Of a DNA stretch of 64,000 nt, positions 10,208-20,356 are shown in pieces. Under the pieces are notes generated by a model. The model saw only the letters and a program-made list of their open reading frames with translations. It had not been told where the DNA came from and did not search any database. Location: contig CAWJYV010000010.1 in NCBI GenBank assembly GCA_963847185.1, positions 608,001 to 672,000 of the forward strand. Direction: 5' to 3'. Both the position numbers and the translations under genes were made by a program. Source of the stretch: an uncultured Methanosarcinaceae archaeon. GTDB taxonomy: Archaea > Halobacteriota > Methanosarcinia > Methanosarcinales > Methanosarcinaceae. Positions within the stretch are counted from its first letter, which is position 1. The number at the start of each line of letters is the position of its first letter.

Positions 10208-11254
10208 ATGAAATCCAATTCAATTTCTCTTGAACACGGTGCAGGCGGAGAGGTGATGCAGGCACTTATAGGAGAGATAATCCTTAAAAATTTCCGCAAT
10301 AAAAGTGCAGGTTCTGTTGGGCTTGAATGCCTTGACGACGGGTCCACGGTCAGGCTTGAGAACTTTAACGATGCATCCGAACTCGTGCTGACTACAGACA
10401 GCCATGTGATTACTCCTGCCTTTTTCCCGGATACAAATATAGGAAGACTTGCAGTTGCAGGCACAATCAATGACCTTACGGTTATGGGAGCAAGGCCGCT
10501 TGCCCTTACCTGTGCGGTTGTAGTTCCTGAAGGTTTTTCTCTACAGGAATTCGAAGAAATCATCAAAACAATGGATCAAACTGCTGCAGAAGTTGGAGTA
10601 CCTATAATCACAGGCGATACGAAAACTATGGAGAAAACCGCCCTTGATTCGATTATCCTTAACACTGCAGGCCTTGGAATTACAGATAGTCCGGTAAGGG
10701 ATTCAGGCCTTAAGCCGGGAGACAGAATCCTTGTCACAGGTACTATAGGGGACCATGGGATCTCTCTTATGGCTCACAGGGAAGGTTTTGACTTCGATAC
10801 CGACCTGGTCTCGGATTCAGCTCCCCTCTGGAAACTCATAGAGCCTGTTCTTAAGCTCAGGACCCCAGACGGAGAACCAGTCGTTACCGCAATGAAAGAT
10901 CCCACACGTGGAGGGCTTGCAAATACCCTTAACGAAATGGCAGCAAAATCCGGAGCAGGCATTCTTATTGAAGAAGACTGGATTCCTTTTAAGCCTGCAG
11001 TCTCTGCAGCCTGTGAGATGCTCGGCCTTGACCCTCTGGAGGTTGCAAACGAAGGTAAAGCAGTTATGGGAGTTAAGCCCGGATTTGAAGAAGAAGTCCT
11101 TTCCCTCCTCAGGCAGCACCCTTACGGTAAAAATGCCGCCGTTATAGGAGAGGTCACTGCAGACAATCATGGAGAGGTAATTCTCAGAAACCGTTTTGGC
11201 GGCATGCGTTATGTTGACGTGCCAGCCGGAGACCCGATTCCCAGGGTCTGTTGA
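10208..11254 (+). CDS. hypE: Carbamoyl dehydratase HypE
   Basis: HGAGG, TTDSH, DPTRGG, ANEGK and terminal PRVC. Confidence 0.96.
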   Translation: MKSNSISLEHGAGGEVMQALIGEIILKNFRNKSAGSVGLECLDDGSTVRLENFNDASELVLTTDSHVITPAFFPDTNIGRLAVAGTINDLTVMGARPLALTCAVVVPEGFSLQEFEEIIKTMDQTAAEVGVPIITGDTKTMEKTALDSIILNTAGLGITDSPVRDSGLKPGDRILVTGTIGDHGISLMAHREGFDFDTDLVSDSAPLWKLIEPVLKLRTPDGEPVVTAMKDPTRGGLANTLNEMAAKSGAGILIEEDWIPFKPAVSAACEMLGLDPLEVANEGKAVMGVKPGFEEEVLSLLRQHPYGKNAAVIGEVTADNHGEVILRNRFGGMRYVDVPAGDPIPRVC

Positions 11255-11268
11255 CCCCGAGTTGCGCT

Positions 11269-11430
11269 TCCCGAATTGCGATTCGGGATCACAGGAAATC
11301 AGAGATTTTCTGGGAGTTTCACTGCAAGTGAAACAGCCCGCAGTCCGTTTCGCTCCACTCCGTTTCGCTCAAGCAGACTAATTTATGGATAATTAATACT
11401 GATTCGAACTCGCTCAAGCAGACTAATTTT
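11269..11430. repeat. Intergenic hairpin plus duplicated tcgctcaagcagactaattt motif
   Basis: Perfect stem tcccgaat-tgcg-attcggga right after hypE; ccgtttcgctc occurs twice; the 20-mer recurs at ~11365 and ~11410. Confidence 0.55.
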
Positions 11431-11476
11431 TGTTATTAATTTTTTTATTTTTTACAACTGGGTAAGGAGCCAGAGT

Positions 11477-11824
11477 GTGAAACGGGATCATGTTGTGGAA
11501 GAAGAATTGTGGCGATCAGTTGCAGTATACTTTATTTCTTTTTTGATCGTTGGAATTCTGGATTATGAAGGATACTTCTCAGTAGGGGGTCTTGGAACTT
11601 TTGTCTGGGCCTTTGTTTTGACAGCAATACATTTCACTCTCATGGTCAGGTATAGAAAAAAAGAGCAATTAACAGATCCTTCAATCTTTTCAATAATAGA
11701 CGATTTGTTTCAGCCAAAAAGGCCTGAAGAGAGAAACGGCATACATCCGGCTTCAGGGCAAAATTTCCGTCTTATTATGATGATACTGGTCATTGGATAC
11801 CTTATTTATCGGTACGCACTCTGA
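11477..11824 (+). CDS. Small membrane protein
   Basis: Three hydrophobic segments; GGAG upstream of the GTG start. Confidence 0.6.
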   Translation: MKRDHVVEEELWRSVAVYFISFLIVGILDYEGYFSVGGLGTFVWAFVLTAIHFTLMVRYRKKEQLTDPSIFSIIDDLFQPKRPEERNGIHPASGQNFRLIMMILVIGYLIYRYAL

Positions 11825-12061
11825 AGTATGAACCTGGGAAAACTTTGAATTTTCTATATTTTTTACTATTCTACAAAAAAGGAAATTTTCTTGACTACAT
11901 GAGTTAAAATTAAAACAAATATAAATACTTCCTATAATAATACTTCCTACAATAATACATCCTAATAATATCCTGTAAAGCACCTCAGTAATAAAGGATG
12001 GTAAGGAAAAGTATCATTTTAGTAAAAATAAGGATCTGTTAGACCAGAAGGAGACACGATC

Positions 12062-12604
12062 ATGATGATGAATTTTAAGGGCAAAAGACCGAAAATCTCG
12101 GAGACTGCTTTTATTGCGGATTCTGCTGATGTGATAGGCGATGTTGAGGTTGGAGATTTTTCAAGTGTATGGTTTGGTGCGGTTATCCGGGGAGACAGGA
12201 ATAAAATAAAAATTGGAAATAGGACAAGTATTCAGGATAATGTGGTGATCCATGCAGATCCTGAGAATAGGGTTGAGATTGGGGATAATGTAAGTATTGG
12301 ACATGGAGCTGTGCTTCATGGGTGCAAAATTGAAAGCAATGTGCTTATCGGAATGAATTCTACACTGTTAAATGGGGCTGAAATAGGAAAAAATTCTATC
12401 GTAGGTGCAAATGCATTGATTCCTGAAGGTAAAAAATTTCCTGAGAACAGTCTGATTATTGGAGTTCCTGGGATGGTGAAGCGAGAAACAGAGGAATCCG
12501 AAGTTAAAGCTATAGCAGAAAACGCTATAGAATATGTTGAATTTGTCAGAGAATACAGAGAAGAAATGAGAATACACAAGTTCTCCGAAGAAATGACTCG
12601 CTAA
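12062..12604 (+). CDS. Gamma-class carbonic anhydrase family protein (CamH/YrdA-like)
   Basis: Hexapeptide repeats; IRGD, QDNVVIH and GHGAVLHG metal-binding His residues. Confidence 0.9.
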   Translation: MMMNFKGKRPKISETAFIADSADVIGDVEVGDFSSVWFGAVIRGDRNKIKIGNRTSIQDNVVIHADPENRVEIGDNVSIGHGAVLHGCKIESNVLIGMNSTLLNGAEIGKNSIVGANALIPEGKKFPENSLIIGVPGMVKRETEESEVKAIAENAIEYVEFVREYREEMRIHKFSEEMTR

Positions 12605-12933
12605 ATAAACCGTGAAAATAATGAGAATCTGAAAATCTGAAAACAATTCAGGTTATCCTGTATGGTGTTAACTGATTAATCATACAAAAAAATGTACTAT
12701 TATTTTTTCTCCTGGTAAAACCAGTATTCTAGAGGGTCTTAAAAGATGCATAGGTTTCAACAAAACTATGCATCGTGAAAAAGGTAAATCCTGTTTTTGT
12801 GGTGGAAATAAGATATGGAACCAGTTAAATTTACAGAACACTCGCCACACTGCCAGGAGTTTTGGGAGAAACAAACATTCACACACAAAATGTAGTATTA
12901 TTAAAAATGGTAACTATGGATTACATAGTGGGG

Positions 12934-13332
12934 TTATTGTTTCAAAGTCCCGACAACAGGATAATCCTTTAATATTTCAGCCCCGTGTGGTGTCTTGTCC
13001 ATTTCTTCAGTGATGTCCTTCCCTGCAGTGCATCCCTCATGATCGCCATTTTTCCAAAGATAACTATCAGAAGAGACATCATAGACCTGGCCTTGATAGG
13101 CAACGTATATCGTCCCATTTTTACCGTTATACTCTGCAAGTTCTTCAAGTGTATATTCTTTTAGTTCCGTTTTCTCAGTCGCATCCTGCATTTCAGTTGC
13201 AGTCTGTTTTTCAGTTGCCTCTTCTCCAGTAGGAGTAGCTACTTCAACTTGAGTTGTCAGTTTATTTTCCGCGCACCCTATTGTGAGAAATACGCCAAAC
13301 AACACTATCAATACAATCAGTGTTTTTCTCAT
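12934..13332 (-). CDS. Cytochrome b5-like heme/steroid-binding lipoprotein
   Basis: Lipobox-like IGC after a signal peptide; YTLEELAEYNGKNG..YVAYQGQVYDVS..WKNGDH..AGKDIT..PHG. Confidence 0.85.
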   Translation of the reverse strand: MRKTLIVLIVLFGVFLTIGCAENKLTTQVEVATPTGEEATEKQTATEMQDATEKTELKEYTLEELAEYNGKNGTIYVAYQGQVYDVSSDSYLWKNGDHEGCTAGKDITEEMDKTPHGAEILKDYPVVGTLKQ

Positions 13333-13424
13333 TATTTCACCAATACAATATGAATTTCTTATTAATTACTCGGTTCCAAAACGAAGCAGTGAATTTCTAT
13401 CGAAGGCACAGATGTGGCTTTGAT

Positions 13425-13600
13425 TAATGTCTTAATCAAAAAACTGACATACTTCCCACGCAAACTGTGGTGAAGTTTCTTCGCTGGCTGTACTTTTACG
13501 GAAGGTAGTACGGTCCGGAATCTTTCGAGGGGTATCAGTGCTCCCTTTCCCTGCATCTCTTTCTACAGGAAATTGACCGATGCCTTTTGGCGTCAGCGCG
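13425..13600 (-). ncRNA. Putative omegaRNA (reRNA) overlapping the tnpB 3' end
   Basis: The minus strand reads GCGTGGGAAGTATGTCA, ending at 13445, resembling IS605-type right ends; omegaRNAs generally overlap this region. Boundaries are approximate. Confidence 0.45.
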
Positions 13601-14847
13601 ATATTAAAGGCAGCATTGACATCGGCATGGTCAACGTGCCCGCAATGTGGGCACTCAAATCGCTTGCTATGTCGGTTGCCTGTAAGTCCGCAGCGACTGC
13701 ACTTCTTGCTTGTCGCATGAGGATCAATATAGACTACCTCTACTCCCCGCAACCTGGCCTTATATTCGATAAACTGCTGAAGCTGATGGAAAGACCAGTT
13801 GTTCAGAGAGTATTCATTTGAATACATGAGTTTTTTGACTCTGCTTTCTTTTTTGACACTACTTTCGTTTTTGACGAGGTTTTTGTTTATTCTATTGCTT
13901 TTGCTTTTGTCTCCGTTTTGTTCCCTTTTTTCGGCTTTGCTTTTATTTATATTACTTTTTCCTGCATCTTGGATTTTGTTTTTTAGTTTCTTGATTCCTT
14001 TCAGATTTTCGAGTTTAATCCCACACCCGTTATACAGGGCAACCTCCACAATCTTTCGGCTTATTTTATGGTTCAGATCCTTTACAATGTTCTTTTCTCT
14101 TTGTTTGACAGCTTTTAGTTGTTTATTTTTGCCTCTCTTCTTGAGCCGGTTTTTTATATTCTCGTATTTTTTATTTGTGTGATGGCGCATTTTTCCTAAC
14201 TTCCAGATTTTTCCGGAATTTGGGTCTGCTACAACTGCTATATGCCCCTTGGTGTTTCGGTCAACTCCTATATAGCTCCCGGAACTTTCGGGTTTTTCAT
14301 CAGGGAAAACAACAGCTACATAAGCATAGGTATTATCGATTTCTATCTGGGAGATTTTCTTGAAGTTACCGGAAAAATGATAGTTAAGCAGGAGTTTCAG
14401 GCAGGGTATTCTAAGGATTCTCTCTTTCCTGTCTATACTGATCGCCCGTGAAGGAATAATCAGTTTCACATTCTTTCCGGATCTGAAGTTCTGGTTATGG
14501 GAGCATTTCCTGAGGATCTGGCCGGAAATTATTGATTTCAAGCCTATGTGCTTGACATCTCTGGGAGAAATAGATCCATAATCCGGAAATGAATCAGGTA
14601 CAGACAGAGAATCGAAAGAAAGAGGAGTAGAAGAAGCAGCTAGAAAGTCAGGAGAAAGTTCAGACGAAGAAGCAGAGAGCGAAGATAAACACGGAGAAGG
14701 AAGAAAAAAATCAGATTTTTCTTTGGGAAGCGGGTTAAGGCCTCGGTTTTGAGTATGATGTTTGATACATAACTCAGCAACCTTCCGAGCTTTTCTGAGT
14801 TCCTCTGAAAAATCTCTTTTGTGCTTGATTTTGTATGTTAGTATCAT
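13432..14847 (-). CDS. tnpB: IS200/IS605-family RNA-guided nuclease TnpB, solo, with Ser-rich and Lys-rich insertions
   Basis: RuvC-I GVDRN, RuvC-II LENL, WSFHQLQQFIEYKA, TSKKCSRCG..CPHCG Zn finger, RuvC-III ADVNAAFNI; no tnpA nearby. Confidence 0.9.
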   Translation of the reverse strand: MILTYKIKHKRDFSEELRKARKVAELCIKHHTQNRGLNPLPKEKSDFFLPSPCLSSLSASSSELSPDFLAASSTPLSFDSLSVPDSFPDYGSISPRDVKHIGLKSIISGQILRKCSHNQNFRSGKNVKLIIPSRAISIDRKERILRIPCLKLLLNYHFSGNFKKISQIEIDNTYAYVAVVFPDEKPESSGSYIGVDRNTKGHIAVVADPNSGKIWKLGKMRHHTNKKYENIKNRLKKRGKNKQLKAVKQREKNIVKDLNHKISRKIVEVALYNGCGIKLENLKGIKKLKNKIQDAGKSNINKSKAEKREQNGDKSKSNRINKNLVKNESSVKKESRVKKLMYSNEYSLNNWSFHQLQQFIEYKARLRGVEVVYIDPHATSKKCSRCGLTGNRHSKRFECPHCGHVDHADVNAAFNIALTPKGIGQFPVERDAGKGSTDTPRKIPDRTTFRKSTASEETSPQFAWEVCQFFD

Positions 14848-15086
14848 CCGGGTTATTACCCCACGATCAATATTCTTTATATTGTTTCATGTTTTAATTG
14901 CGTAAGTCCTATATCATGTTTCAATTGCTTAAGCCCTATCTTATAAAATTAACATGCAGGATAAACTGCAGTACTCCCTGTAATCGGTTCTAACGGTTTA
15001 GAAATGAGGGCACCATGCTTAAAAAGCAAAGAACATCGCAGTTGCATGCGCAATATGATCAATTCCCCGTGATTTTTGTAATAAAT

Positions 15087-16085
15087 TTATACTGTTAGAT
15101 TAACTACTTTTTCGATCCTGGAAACCAGGGACTTCTCAGATCTCATGTACATATAAGCAGGAAGTCCAGATCTGGAGAAATTTTGGAAAAATCTCATTGC
15201 CAGACCGTTAATTCTGGGAAATTCTCTGATCCTCTCATTTGCAAAGAAACCTATCAGCCTGTCAAAGGTCCTCACATTTGTGGTGAAATCCATTTCCCTC
15301 CTTACATTTCTATCCATGGAGAACACCAGTTCAACCCAGGCATTAAGCTCTTTTGTGAGGTGCCGCCAGGATCCTCCTTCTACTACCATATAGGACCGGC
15401 CATTTTTAATGTTATCAAAGTATTCTCTAAAAGAGTCGCCCTTTGCAAGAGTATAAACTGCACCCATACCTCCTGTATGGCTGTCTGTGGTGGCAGCAAG
15501 CCCTTTTCCATATTTTCTGGCAAGTGCAGCCGTAATCAGGTTTTTTTCCGTTAAGTCCTGCATATTGTATTCGACAACCGGAAACTGTTTTATGAGTTCA
15601 GGTACGGCTCTGAGGTTAGGACGATCTCCTATAGCAAACCAAAAGGGATGATTGTAAATGTATGGTAGATTGTGGGTCCTGAGATAACGGACAAAACTTT
15701 TAAAATCATGCTCCTGATTTGCAATCGTTTCAAGTTCTCCGAACTCTTCTGAGTCAAGCTCAAAAACATTAACGTGAAGGGTATGCCCTATATTTTCAGG
15801 GTCTTTGATTGAAATCTCAACTCCTGGAACCAACCCTTCTCTATCCCAGCCAAGCAGATCGTAAGCTTTGACAGTATCATGGTCTGTAAAAGTTACAAAA
15901 TCAAGCCCCTTAGCTCTTGCTTTTTCAAAAAGAACTTCAGGATGCATTGCTTGTGCTGGAGGAACATCGTAGGAACAGGAGGAGTGGACATGAAGATCCA
16001 TCTTTTTCCATCCTTCCTGAAGCAAAGTTTCTGCAAGCTCAGAGTTTATTGTTGTTTTAGGATTATTTCCGGGTTTTCCTTGCAT
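15087..16085 (-). CDS. PHP-domain metal-dependent phosphoesterase
   Basis: DLHVHS, FTDHD, GVEIS, NHPF, TDSH. Confidence 0.88.
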   Translation of the reverse strand: MQGKPGNNPKTTINSELAETLLQEGWKKMDLHVHSSCSYDVPPAQAMHPEVLFEKARAKGLDFVTFTDHDTVKAYDLLGWDREGLVPGVEISIKDPENIGHTLHVNVFELDSEEFGELETIANQEHDFKSFVRYLRTHNLPYIYNHPFWFAIGDRPNLRAVPELIKQFPVVEYNMQDLTEKNLITAALARKYGKGLAATTDSHTGGMGAVYTLAKGDSFREYFDNIKNGRSYMVVEGGSWRHLTKELNAWVELVFSMDRNVRREMDFTTNVRTFDRLIGFFANERIREFPRINGLAMRFFQNFSRSGLPAYMYMRSEKSLVSRIEKVVNLTV

Positions 16086-16880
16086 AAACAAGCACTACCA
16101 CTTTTTTCAGATAGTCTTTTTTAATCTTTAAAAATCTAGAGAATTCTTATCCAGTTAATAGGAGGAAGGAGAATATATATAGATTTTTCGCTCAAATCAA
16201 TACTTTTTATTTTTTTATGTGTTATATTGAAAAATAAAGATATTTTCAAAAAAATTAAGGTTAAAATAGAGTAAAAAGCATAAAATAAGAAGGGAAGGAG
16301 AGTAGATAGATCCTGAGAAGACTATTTTCAGCTCAGTTTTGAAGAAAATTATTAAAGTATTCCGGAGTAAAAAAGGCATATAAATCCCTCTTTTTAATAG
16401 AAAATCCCATTAACAAGGGAAACGATGGTGAATATATCTGAAAAAAATTAGAAATACTAAAAAATATAGATTTTATAAAAAATATCAATGCTTTCAAAAG
16501 TTATTGTATAGAAAAAAGGAAATGTATATATATGTAAGACGACTATCACTAATTGTAGCGTGGGACTGAAATATACGAACAGATCGGAGAAACGTACCAT
16601 CAAAAACAATCCAGACCATGTTACTCTTTTCATATTGGGATGTTACCTCAAATCTCTTCTTTCTATTTTTTAGCTATCAGAGAATGGCTTTAAACTTCAG
16701 GATAGAATCTTTCAGTTGCTGCCTTTTATAATCAGGACTCTAAAGTATTCACAATAATAATACAAAGAGAATACTAGTAGAAAAATAAAAGACATATTTT
16801 AAAGAAAATATAAATAGAATGAAGTAAAAATACGGAGTGGTAAAGAAACTAATCATGCTCAGATATGGAGCTGACATGTA

Positions 16881-18020
16881 GTGAAGATATTACTTTTCAT
16901 ATGTGGAGAAGGGCTAGGACACACAAGTCGTTGCCTTGCACTGGGGAAAGAGTTTCTAGCTGCAGGCCATGAAGTGAACTTTGGAGCATATGGGTACTCA
17001 AAAAAGCTGGTCGAAAAAACGGGATATCGCACACATGAAATCCCTTCCGAAATAAAGCTTGCAGGGGAGACAGGCACTTTTGATATAAGAAAATCTATCA
17101 AAGAAACCCTCGGGAATATTTCTCCTTCAGGGTTCAGAAAGATCCTGAAAATTATTGATGAATTCAAGCCTGATGTAGTACTTTCGGATGGTTATTACAC
17201 TGGCATCCTTGCCGCACAGGTCAAGAAAATTTCAGTTTATTTTATCGGGCATCAGTTCAATATGATAGAATTTTTTCAGGAACAGGGACTTTTGATAGGA
17301 ATAGCAGGAAAAGTAATCAGAAATTTTTACAGTTACATCTTCAGCAGCGTAGATGGAATAATAGTGCCTGATTATCCACTTCCGTATTCCGTAAACCGAA
17401 AAAATTTCACACTTGAAAAAGATATCAACGATACTATCTTTTTTAGCGGCCCCCTTATAAGGTGTAGATACCGTGAAGTCGAATCAAAAACTCTTCCTCG
17501 CCCAAATGTCCTTTCAACCATAGGTGCTTTTGGATACAGGGTAGCCATATTCAGGAGTGTGCTTGAAGCCGCAAAACTGGATCCTGCTATCCATTATACC
17601 TTTATTTCAGGACCTGAAATAGATCCTGATCAGTTTTCACAAATCCCGGAAAATGTCGAATTCACAGGCTTTACAGAAAATCCTTTTCCTTATTACAAAG
17701 GCTCTGACCTGGTAATTACTGCAGGGGGGCACGGAACAATCCTGGAAAGTCTTGCCTTCGGGCTTCCTGTGCTTTCTTTTCCTGACGAAAAACAAATAGA
17801 ACAGGAAAATAATGCAACTGTACTCGAAGAGGAAGGATACGGGAAGAGAATGAACTACCATAATAGACCGGAAGAGATTCTAACCTGCATTCGAGAAGCC
17901 CTGGACGAAGAGCATTACTATACAAAAACCAGAATGCTGAGGGAGCTTGCAGAAGTACTCGATGGACCGACAGCTGTTCGAAAGTTTCTTGAAAGTAAAA
18001 TCGAAGGCAGACCTGGTTGA
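16881..18020 (+). CDS. GT-B glycosyltransferase (GT28 / MJ1255-like)
   Basis: CGEGLGHTSR, DLVITAGGHGTILE, QIEQENNA. Confidence 0.88.
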   Translation: MKILLFICGEGLGHTSRCLALGKEFLAAGHEVNFGAYGYSKKLVEKTGYRTHEIPSEIKLAGETGTFDIRKSIKETLGNISPSGFRKILKIIDEFKPDVVLSDGYYTGILAAQVKKISVYFIGHQFNMIEFFQEQGLLIGIAGKVIRNFYSYIFSSVDGIIVPDYPLPYSVNRKNFTLEKDINDTIFFSGPLIRCRYREVESKTLPRPNVLSTIGAFGYRVAIFRSVLEAAKLDPAIHYTFISGPEIDPDQFSQIPENVEFTGFTENPFPYYKGSDLVITAGGHGTILESLAFGLPVLSFPDEKQIEQENNATVLEEEGYGKRMNYHNRPEEILTCIREALDEEHYYTKTRMLRELAEVLDGPTAVRKFLESKIEGRPG

Positions 18021-18095
18021 GAAGAAAAGCCAGAAGGTGGAAATTAGAACGGTGAGCAGAAAATCAAATAAGAACAAAAACATACCAAAAAAGGA

Positions 18096-19241
18096 ATGAG
18101 GATGAAAATATTAATCTTAATCTGTGGGGAAGGACTGGGACACACAAGCCGCTGCCTTGCGCTGGGAAAAGAGTTCCTAACTACCCAACACAAAGTGCAC
18201 TTTGGGGCTTATGGATACTCAAAAGAGATGGTAGAAAAAGCAGGATATTCGGCATATGAAATACCCTCGGAGATAAAATTAGTTGGAAAGTCTGGAACTC
18301 TGGACGTTGCAGGATCGATTGAGGCAACTCTCAAAAACGCCGACATCCTGGGCGGACCGAAGCTCTTAAAATTTATCCGAGATATCGGTCCTGATGTCGT
18401 AATCTCGGATAGCTATTACCTGGGAGCTCTTGCTGCTTTCACCCTTAGACTCCCTATATATCTTATAGTCAATCAATCAAATATGGAGGAATTTTTCAAA
18501 AACAGAGGAGTGACCCTCAGGGTTCTTGGGGGGCTGACCAGAAAATTCTACAACCAGATTTTTGAAAAAGTAGATAAAATTATTATTCCTGATTACCCTC
18601 TTCCATATACTGTCTGCAGAAAAAATTTGAATTTTATCCAGAAAACCCAGGAAAAGCTGTTTTACAGCGGCCCCCTTATAAAAGAAAAATATGATGATGT
18701 GGAAGAAATTCCTCTTAAGAAACCTCACATTGTTTCCCTTATAGGGGGTTTCGGGTACAGAGAGCCTATTTTCAGAAAAGTCCTCGAAACCGCAAAACTT
18801 GATCCCTCCATTTACTATACCCTCATTTCAGGCCCATCGCTTGATCCCTCAAAACTAGCTGACATGCCAGAAAACGTGCAGCTTCTTGAATTTATAAAAG
18901 ATACCTATCCCTATCTCAGAAGTTCTGAGCTAGTTATAGCTCCTGGAGGCCACAGTACCATGATGGAAGCTCTGAGCTTTGGAATTCCTATCATTTCTTT
19001 TCCTGACAAAGGACATAGTGAACAGGAGAAAAATGCTGAGGTAATAGAAGAGGAAGGCTATGGAAGGATGCTAAGCTACTCTACACCTCCTGAAACCCTT
19101 CTGGAATGTATCCGGGAAATTTTGGAAGACGAGAAATCCAGAATTAAAAATGAAAGACTGAGCAGGCTTGCCAGAGAGCTTGATGGCCCTAAAGCTGTAA
19201 GAGAAATGCTCGAAAAAGAAGTAAAGGAGAAAAATTCCTGA
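18096..19241 (+). CDS. GT-B glycosyltransferase (GT28 / MJ1255-like), tandem paralog
   Basis: CGEGLGHTSR, LVIAPGGHSTMME, HSEQEKNA. Confidence 0.88.
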   Translation: MRMKILILICGEGLGHTSRCLALGKEFLTTQHKVHFGAYGYSKEMVEKAGYSAYEIPSEIKLVGKSGTLDVAGSIEATLKNADILGGPKLLKFIRDIGPDVVISDSYYLGALAAFTLRLPIYLIVNQSNMEEFFKNRGVTLRVLGGLTRKFYNQIFEKVDKIIIPDYPLPYTVCRKNLNFIQKTQEKLFYSGPLIKEKYDDVEEIPLKKPHIVSLIGGFGYREPIFRKVLETAKLDPSIYYTLISGPSLDPSKLADMPENVQLLEFIKDTYPYLRSSELVIAPGGHSTMMEALSFGIPIISFPDKGHSEQEKNAEVIEEEGYGRMLSYSTPPETLLECIREILEDEKSRIKNERLSRLARELDGPKAVREMLEKEVKEKNS

Positions 19242-19836
19242 AACCTTCCTTAATTACCTGCCATTAGGCTAAGTTATATAATCAGTTTAAAAGAAATTTT
19301 GAGGGTTCCTTGACAAAGAGTAAACTGCGCCTGATATCATCAAGGGGCTTAAAAAGAAATAAACCAGAAGGTGGAATCCAAAGTTTGGGTGAGAAAACCA
19401 ATTGCAAGCAAGTGCCATTGGAGTTCAGCATGCCTTAGAAACTTGACCTATTCTGTAAAGAAGAATCAGCTTATTGAGGATTGTCGGGGACGCTAAAAAT
19501 CTTCTTTTCCGCAGCCTGATAACAAGATTTCTTGAGACCTTCCAGGACAAGTAATATACCAGTGCTCCCTATGTTATCACCGAATACAGAGCCAGATTTT
19601 AGAGTAGATAACTCCTCTTTAGAAGCAGATCAGCCGCTGATCGAAGAGGAAAAGTGTATGATTCCGAATCAGGTCCTGAAGTTCTGAGAGATCAATTTTT
19701 CCCCTCTTAAAAGATGGTGATCGATCTCTTGAAGGTGAGCTTTAAAAAGTTGACCCGAAGATAAGCTCCATCGAGATTAATTCTCTGATTCTCAGTAAGC
19801 CAGTATACAAGAAGGTTATATTGTGGCTTGTATGTT

Positions 19837-20064
19837 TTAATTGAGTTTTATTTTGTGGATGATTAAGGAGGGTATACTTACAATTACCATTGTGATTATG
19901 AGACACATAATGTACGTTTTTGGATCAAATTGCAACGGTAATAACAGGTTCTTCTCGAGTACATAGTATATGATAATATATAGTACAGAAGTTGAGAGTA
20001 TGAGATTTACTATTAAATTTAATGAAGAGTATCGTTTCTGTTCTGATGCAGTTATCTGATCCAT
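19837..20064 (-). CDS. Small two-TM membrane protein
   Basis: AAGGAG upstream of the ATG at 20064; two hydrophobic stretches. Confidence 0.55.
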   Translation of the reverse strand: MDQITASEQKRYSSLNLIVNLILSTSVLYIIIYYVLEKNLLLPLQFDPKTYIMCLIITMVIVSIPSLIIHKIKLN

Positions 20065-20356
20065 TGAAATTCTCCTTTGCACTACATATTTACTCCAACA
20101 CATAAAATATTTTGCTATAGTTTTCTTTCGTGTTCATTTGTTGAGAAGCTATTCTAAAACCACCCTATTATGAGTTGGTTACCTGCTACTCTTTTAATAA
20201 TTATACAATATTCAGGTTCTTACAATTGCGTCATTTTCTGTACAGGCATATCATTTTTTATAGAGAGTTACAAAATAACCTATTGGAATAAGACATTCTA
20301 CCTGTTGCTTTTGACATGGTTTCTTGCCGCAGCTCAGAAGAAATGCAAAAATTAAG

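Noticed and set aside
13432-14847. Cas12f or other type V CRISPR effector
   Set aside because: No array or cas1/2/4 nearby, and an IS605-like right-end motif is present.
19290-19830. Coding-like minus-strand relic downstream of the glycosyltransferases
   Set aside because: Looks like a degraded membrane-protein gene, but no family could be assigned by eye.
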